IMG/VR virus record: IMGVR_UViG_3300037424_000564
Coordinates: 128,001 to 192,000 of that record
DNA length: 64,000 bases
Strand: one strand, 5' to 3'
From: a virus
Lineage: Duplodnaviria > Caudoviricetes
The translations under genes and the position numbers were made by a program. The notes under the pieces were generated by a model. That model worked only from the letters and a program-made list of their open reading frames with translations, did no database searches and was not told the origin of the DNA. Position 1 is the stretch's first letter, and the number at the start of each line of letters is the position of its first letter. Shown in pieces: positions 58,746-64,000 of this stretch.

Positions 58746-59699
58746 ATGAAAGTATTATATTGTGGTTCATTTGCTCCATTACATAAGGGTCATGAATATG
58801 TTTACAATGCTATTGTTAACAAATTTGGCAAAGAAAATGTATTCTTAGGAATTGGAAAAAATGAAAAAAAGAATACTGATATTGCCCAAATTCTTTATTC
58901 TATTTGTCCGATTACTTCAAATGTAATCGTGTATGAGGGTCTTACTTCTAATATAGTAAAAAAGCATAACTTTGATTATCTTGTTAGAGGTATTAGATGT
59001 TCAGAAGATATGACAGAAGAATCAAAATTAGCATACTGGAATAAAGAATTGTGCGGAGTTGATACTTTGTTTATAGTTACTTCTCCTGAACTTTCTATGA
59101 TATCATCATCCGCACTAAATCTACTAGATGCTTATGATTTTGGGGATGATATCACGAAATTTATCAACAGTGATGTGTATTATAGATATAAAGCAAAGAA
59201 ATCATCATTTGATGTAGTATTCGGTAAATGTTGTTCAGGTAAATCAACCCATATTAAAACGCATTATCAAAATAAAAATATCATTGAAATAGATAAAGTA
59301 TTTTGGAATTATATTAACACTTCTAAACAATTCAAAGATGTTATGGGTACTACATTGAAAACTTTATTTTATAATAAAAATAAAATTGCATTCAATGAAC
59401 ATATGCAAGTTGTGATGTCATATTTTGATTGGGCGGAATTAGAAGAGCAAATTGATTTTATCAAACAGATAAACAATAAAGATACTATTGTTGATTTTCC
59501 CGCAATTGGTTGTTATTGGGATTATATTCCAGTTAAAGTTAGAGCAAGAATGAATTTGATCAAAGTTTACACTAAAGAAGAAAATAGGGCAGTATTTGCC
59601 GGTAATAGAAATGCAAATACTGCCCTAATTGAATGTTCTGATTTAATGTATCAAGATCCTCCATATCACGATCAAGAATTTGAAATAATGAAAGAATAA
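58746..59699 (+). CDS. CoaD/PPAT-like adenylyltransferase fused to a P-loop kinase (CoaE-like)
   Basis: GSFAPLHKGH, LVRGIR, ISSS in N-half; FGKCCSGKST, EID, VDFP in C-half. Confidence 0.75.
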   Translation: MKVLYCGSFAPLHKGHEYVYNAIVNKFGKENVFLGIGKNEKKNTDIAQILYSICPITSNVIVYEGLTSNIVKKHNFDYLVRGIRCSEDMTEESKLAYWNKELCGVDTLFIVTSPELSMISSSALNLLDAYDFGDDITKFINSDVYYRYKAKKSSFDVVFGKCCSGKSTHIKTHYQNKNIIEIDKVFWNYINTSKQFKDVMGTTLKTLFYNKNKIAFNEHMQVVMSYFDWAELEEQIDFIKQINNKDTIVDFPAIGCYWDYIPVKVRARMNLIKVYTKEENRAVFAGNRNANTALIECSDLMYQDPPYHDQEFEIMKE

Positions 59700-59703
59700 T
59701 ATT

Positions 59704-59925
59704 ATGACGATATCTGAATTTTTCGACCCAAGTAAACAATCACATATTACAGCATTTGAATGTTTAATGAATTCTGGTACATGGCCTGTAAATTTTTTAC
59801 CTAATGATATTTGTTTTTCACCAACTTGGCCATATGACGTTACTCAAAAAATGGTAATCTTTTTAATTAAAGAAAATAAAACATTGAAAGAAAAAGTAAG
59901 AATACTTAAGAAATATTATTACTAG
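59704..59925 (+). CDS. Small hypothetical protein
   Basis: 73-aa ORF directly after the CoaD fusion. Confidence 0.55.
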   Translation: MTISEFFDPSKQSHITAFECLMNSGTWPVNFLPNDICFSPTWPYDVTQKMVIFLIKENKTLKEKVRILKKYYY

Positions 59926-60526
59926 CAAACGTGGCAGGTAAATCAAAAACTTCAATTTTATCATTTGGGGCGACTACTTGTTTATCAATAATCATTCTCA
60001 TATTAAAAAGAACAATCATAACTGTATCACTCCATCCAAACGGATGATCTACTGACAAATAATCAATTCCTTTTAACACTAGAAAGTTCCTAAACGCATT
60101 TGTTTGGGAACTTTTTATTGCTTCATAGTTCACCATCATATTAATGAAATTACTAGCTGGAACTTCACCTTTGTCCTTGTACCTAGAAAGAGCCTGAAGT
60201 ATTTCTTTTCTCTTATTTTTTATAATATAATCATCGACAAATTCCAAGATATCAGCTAAAGGAATGGATGCATCATTTGCATCCATTCCTTTTTTGATTG
60301 TTACCATATAAAGCTTGCGACTACCTTTAGAATATTTCTGTGCTGTTTGATAATGAGTTATTAAATAAAGGCCGGGGCCATACTCGAATCTACCTTTTTT
60401 CTGAATTTTGGTTTCATCATAAGCATCATCTAAATTTCCACCATGCCAAAGACTCATTGTATTTTGAGTAGTAGATGGAGATATAATCTTTTTAGCTTCT
60501 GTTATAAATTGTTTGAATGGTTTCAT
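59906..60526 (-). CDS. ADP-ribosyltransferase-like protein with capsid-targeting-like N-terminus
   Basis: LWHGG...YGPGLYL...TAQKYS...GIDY; starts MKPFKQFITE. Confidence 0.6.
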   Translation of the reverse strand: MKPFKQFITEAKKIISPSTTQNTMSLWHGGNLDDAYDETKIQKKGRFEYGPGLYLITHYQTAQKYSKGSRKLYMVTIKKGMDANDASIPLADILEFVDDYIIKNKRKEILQALSRYKDKGEVPASNFINMMVNYEAIKSSQTNAFRNFLVLKGIDYLSVDHPFGWSDTVMIVLFNMRMIIDKQVVAPNDKIEVFDLPATFASNNIS

Positions 60527-62310
60527 AATCTTCTCAGTTTACCTTTTTCAAAAATTAATTTAGATTTACCATCAGTAATAATATCGCCTTCTTCTAAAGA
60601 TTCAAGAATATCTTTACTTAATCCAGATTCTTGAGCTTTTTGTCTAAATCTACTTTCAGATGCTGGTGTTTCTGGAACTGGTGCTTCTGCTCCCGGTTGA
60701 GGTGCTTGTGCGCCTCCTGCTCCCGGTACTTCTTGAAAATCAGGGGGAACTTCACCACCAGCAGCAGGACCACCCCCCATTGGGGCATTGCCAAGAGCGT
60801 CAGCTTCTCCACCACCAAGATCTCCAACAGAACTCCAATATTCAGCAATTTCAACAACTTCTTCATCAGACATTCTTAGAATTTTCTCTTGAATATATTT
60901 TGGTGAAAGAATTCTAGCTTCAGCAGTTGCCAATCCCATAGCATTATTTGCACCATTGACTTTAACATCAATGATTTGTGCTTTTTTAAGCATTGAAATT
61001 TCATTAGAAGATGCGTAAACAAATTTAATTTTCTCTTGAATATCTTTCCAATCGTCTAATGACATTACTTGTCTAGCAATCAAATCTTTTTTAAGTAAGT
61101 CTACAAATAAGTTATTAAATTTTCTTCTTAATTTCTGAATATATTTGAAGAATTTCATTTCATCACGTTCGATATCAATAGTAGGATTGATACTGATTTT
61201 GCTTTCAGCATTTCTTCTACTTTTAGGTACACATAACGAACTATATACTTTATTTACAAAATAATCAACATCTTCGAATGAAGAGAAACTAGTATTGCTC
61301 ATATTCAAAGGTTCTACTCTAGTTCCTTTGCCTTGCGAATTAATAGGAAACCAAAAATCTTCAAGTATAGAAATAGATTTTGCTGCATTATCAACAGTAC
61401 CATTTTCAGTATTGTAAACTTTTTTCTGACGATACTTTGAAATTAAACTTTTCATATACTCTTCAGCTTTAGTTTTTGGTAGATTCCCGGTATCAATATA
61501 GAAAGCACGTTTCTCTGTTGACTTTGTTAATCTATGAATGATAAGAGTATCTTCAAGTAAATAAAGTTGATTGATAGATTTCATTGCTTTTTGAATTGGA
61601 CTGTAGTAATAGTTTTTATCAGGTGAATAAATGCCTGAGTTAATACTAGCAATCTGCTCATCAAAGTAAGTTATTTCAGGGTTTTCTAAATCTTTCATTG
61701 GATTATAAGATGAATGTTTATCAATATACCATCTAACAGTACCATCATGTTCATTTTTATATTTTTGAATATTAAAAGGTGGAAGAAGAATTAATTTCTG
61801 AATACCATCTTTTGGTTTTCTATTATTGTACACAACTTCAAAGTTCAATGTAGAATCTACATACCATTGACGAAAAAGTTCTTCGCCTTTTTCATTAAAA
61901 TCTAATAGATAAATTATCTTGTCAAATGAATCATAAATTCTAGATTTAATATTTTCAGTTAATTCAATATCATCTAGGTTAAGAGTAATAGCAGGATCAA
62001 TTTCATCAAACACAATAGCTTCAGAAGTAATTTCAATTAATGCTTCATCAACTTCTGGAAGTAAAGATGATTCCCTCCATCTACGAATAAAATCACCATG
62101 ATTAATAGGTTGAGCATTACCACCCAAAGCAAAAGAGTTACTATAATTATTAAATGGATCATAAGTAACGTATGGTGTTTCTAATTCTGTTTCTTTTGAA
62201 ATTTGTGAGAAATTTTTATGGCGATCTTGCATTGCTTCTTTTTCAGAATAGAAAGGACGATTCAATTGTTCAGTAAGATCTCCCCATGCTTCTGTAATAT
62301 TTTTAAACAT
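60523..62310 (-). CDS. gp20: Portal protein gp20
   Basis: PEVDEAL.EI..EAIV, FRQWYVD, INQLYLLED.LIIHRL...EKRAFYIDTGNLPKTKAEEYM, ILEDFWFP. Confidence 0.97.
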   Translation of the reverse strand: MFKNITEAWGDLTEQLNRPFYSEKEAMQDRHKNFSQISKETELETPYVTYDPFNNYSNSFALGGNAQPINHGDFIRRWRESSLLPEVDEALIEITSEAIVFDEIDPAITLNLDDIELTENIKSRIYDSFDKIIYLLDFNEKGEELFRQWYVDSTLNFEVVYNNRKPKDGIQKLILLPPFNIQKYKNEHDGTVRWYIDKHSSYNPMKDLENPEITYFDEQIASINSGIYSPDKNYYYSPIQKAMKSINQLYLLEDTLIIHRLTKSTEKRAFYIDTGNLPKTKAEEYMKSLISKYRQKKVYNTENGTVDNAAKSISILEDFWFPINSQGKGTRVEPLNMSNTSFSSFEDVDYFVNKVYSSLCVPKSRRNAESKISINPTIDIERDEMKFFKYIQKLRRKFNNLFVDLLKKDLIARQVMSLDDWKDIQEKIKFVYASSNEISMLKKAQIIDVKVNGANNAMGLATAEARILSPKYIQEKILRMSDEEVVEIAEYWSSVGDLGGGEADALGNAPMGGGPAAGGEVPPDFQEVPGAGGAQAPQPGAEAPVPETPASESRFRQKAQESGLSKDILESLEEGDIITDGKSKLIFEKGKLRRL

Positions 62311-62384
62311 ATATTATTCCTTTACTGTATTTGTAAATCTAATTTTTAATTAGTTCAATAAATCTTGTGTTTCGTTATATTTAT

Positions 62385-62945
62385 TTATGGTCGCATTCTT
62401 TTGCCTTTTTGTACTATATGTCGTTTCCTTGGTTTCATAGCTTGACTTCTCTCAAGAAATCTAGCTTTATAAAGAACTTCTGTATACCTAATTGTTTCCC
62501 ATACACCAACAACTTTAACATTAGTACAATTTGATATTCTGTATCTTCTAATTCCAGCCAATGAAAAACTCAATGATGGATTATTTTTTATAGTTTTATA
62601 CCAGAGTCTAAAGAGACTTTCATTTATACTTCTCTTCTTCATTTCATTTATAACTTCAACAAATTTTGGGCGTAATGCGCCGGGTATCCAATGTAGATTG
62701 ATTCCTAATGCAGACAGACCACCAATATCTAAAAATATTACTTGTGGATATTGATCGTATATATGAATCTTTTGTAAATCAATTGGAGTATATCGAAAAT
62801 AATATATCTTACTATATTCAAATCTACCTGTGTATTTATTGAAAGTAGCATTGGCTAGATTTTTTGGTTGTTGATTAGGTGGTAAACTTCCACCCAATTG
62901 TTTATCTGGCGGTGTAGTATTTTCGTCTCTGAAAAATTCTGACAT
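62385..62945 (-). CDS. gp2 DNA end protector
   Basis: YYFRY...IYDQYPQVI...LGINLHWIP..LR..F; adjacent to gp4. Confidence 0.8.
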   Translation of the reverse strand: MSEFFRDENTTPPDKQLGGSLPPNQQPKNLANATFNKYTGRFEYSKIYYFRYTPIDLQKIHIYDQYPQVIFLDIGGLSALGINLHWIPGALRPKFVEVINEMKKRSINESLFRLWYKTIKNNPSLSFSLAGIRRYRISNCTNVKVVGVWETIRYTEVLYKARFLERSQAMKPRKRHIVQKGKRMRP

Positions 62946-62980
62946 TTAATTTTCTTTCACGTTATATACCATTATTTTCT

Positions 62981-63451
62981 TTATAGAAAAAATGGGCAAT
63001 CTTTTTCTGTTAATATCAAAAATTCAACATCTATACCTGCTTGTTTTTTTTCTGCTATAATTTGTCTAGTTGTATCCCATTTTGCTTGATTTATTATATA
63101 TGTTTTAACTTGTTTAAAATAATTTTTAGTTTTACGTTTAGGTACTTTAGGAACATCAACTTGACTTTGTGGTTTGATTTCAACCCAGAATTCTTTTGTT
63201 TTGCCTGATGCTGTTATAGCCTTAAATGTGAAATCCATAAAATATCTATGGTATTTTCCATCATCAGGTCGTATATATTTAATTATAGTAGATTCACTTG
63301 TCCATTCAATAATATTTGTATTCTTGTCAAGATATTGAGATATAAATTTAATCTCCCAACCGCTTCTAGCAGTAATTGGACGAGTTCCTGTATATTTCTC
63401 AGGATTCTTTAAATGAGGATACATATCATTTATTTGGTAATAGTGACTCAT
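62981..63451 (-). CDS. gp4: gp4 head completion nuclease
   Basis: KNPEKY.G...I.ARSGWE, EWTSE, PDDGKYHRYFMDF, VEIKP, NQAKW, LTEKD. Confidence 0.92.
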   Translation of the reverse strand: MSHYYQINDMYPHLKNPEKYTGTRPITARSGWEIKFISQYLDKNTNIIEWTSESTIIKYIRPDDGKYHRYFMDFTFKAITASGKTKEFWVEIKPQSQVDVPKVPKRKTKNYFKQVKTYIINQAKWDTTRQIIAEKKQAGIDVEFLILTEKDCPFFL

Positions 63452-64000
63452 TATTTTTTCTCTTTTGTTTTTCCTGAAGGCATGTAATTACCAATTACTT
63501 TAACTACTTTGAATGCTTGTTTAGTTAAAAATACAGTTTGAGTTGGTTCATTAGGATGTATAATAGCTAGACCGGGATCTATTAATACATCATATCCCAA
63601 ATCTCTTATTTGTTTATTCCATTTATTAGGATTAGGACTAGGACTATTTGAACCTTTACCACCAGCTAGAATATAAGTAAACCAAAAGAAAATTCCACCG
63701 GGATATTTTTTACGAATTGCTTCTTTTGTACCTTTGGTGTATATAAATTCTGTGTCGATTTCTTCAGATTTAGATGATTTGCTTAATTCTTTTTTTAAAT
63801 AATCAATAAAGAGTTTAAAAAAGTTTTTTGTATTTTCTATCGCAACTTGTTTATCAGATCTTTTATACTGTTTCAAACTTTTACCAAAAGTTTCATTCCA
63901 TGCGTTATCAAACAGTAGTTGAAACGTATCATAAACATAATGTCCTTCACTATATTTTAGAATAGGCTTTATTTCCTGCATGAAATATTCAGCAATAAAA
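63451..64000 (-). CDS. Hypothetical, possibly ART-like, protein; open at window edge
   Basis: Frame extends upstream of the ATG at 63981 as FIAEYF; C-terminal LGYDVLIDPG..IIHPNEPTQTVF. Confidence 0.5.
   Translation of the reverse strand, partial: FIAEYFMQEIKPILKYSEGHYVYDTFQLLFDNAWNETFGKSLKQYKRSDKQVAIENTKNFFKLFIDYLKKELSKSSKSEEIDTEFIYTKGTKEAIRKKYPGGIFFWFTYILAGGKGSNSPSPNPNKWNKQIRDLGYDVLIDPGLAIIHPNEPTQTVFLTKQAFKVVKVIGNYMPSGKTKEKK

Noticed and set aside
58746-59699. NadR (NMN adenylyltransferase plus ribosylnicotinamide kinase) assignment
   Set aside because: RGIR and ISSS spacing fits CoaD better; kept only as the alternative to test

Overview
AT-rich (about 30% GC by eye) segment of a large T4-like myophage genome, standard genetic code, almost all genes on the minus strand. 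From left to right: the N-terminus of a gp41-like helicase (cut by the window edge); an early accessory region with many individual sigma70-type promoters (AAA_33 kinase, WYL_2/SH3 protein, HNH, nucleoside deoxyribosyltransferase-like, RlaP-like nucleotidyltransferase, R2K ATP-grasp, HD alarmone-hydrolase-like, tyrosine phosphatase-like, WGR-PARP); the recombination and late-transcription core (uvsX, gp46, gp47, gp55, UvrD-like helicase, uvsW, uvsY); a baseplate/tail module (split gp5, gp27-, gp53-, gp48-like, tape measure, gp26/gp51, three gp19-family paralogs); a block of enzymes with T4-type capsid-targeting N-termini; a GIY-YIG homing endonuclease; a glycosyltransferase/radical SAM/methyltransferase cluster; macro domain, gp2-like, HicB-like and HU; head genes gp23-gp22-gp21; fibre and collagen genes; an opposite-strand island (CCA-adding enzyme, CoaD-kinase fusion); portal gp20, a second gp2 and gp4. 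Best leads: (1) a ~330-nt structured intergenic RNA candidate with a group-I-intron-like P7/P3/P8 arrangement between a WYL_2 gene and a kinase gene; (2) a set of diverse enzymes sharing a capsid-targeting-like N-terminus; (3) a U_UUU_UUA -1 frameshift site that would fuse gp26 to a start-less gp51 frame just upstream of the tape measure gene; (4) a phage WGR-PARP and a CoaD-kinase fusion. All family calls come from motifs recognised by eye; no database search or folding computation was run.
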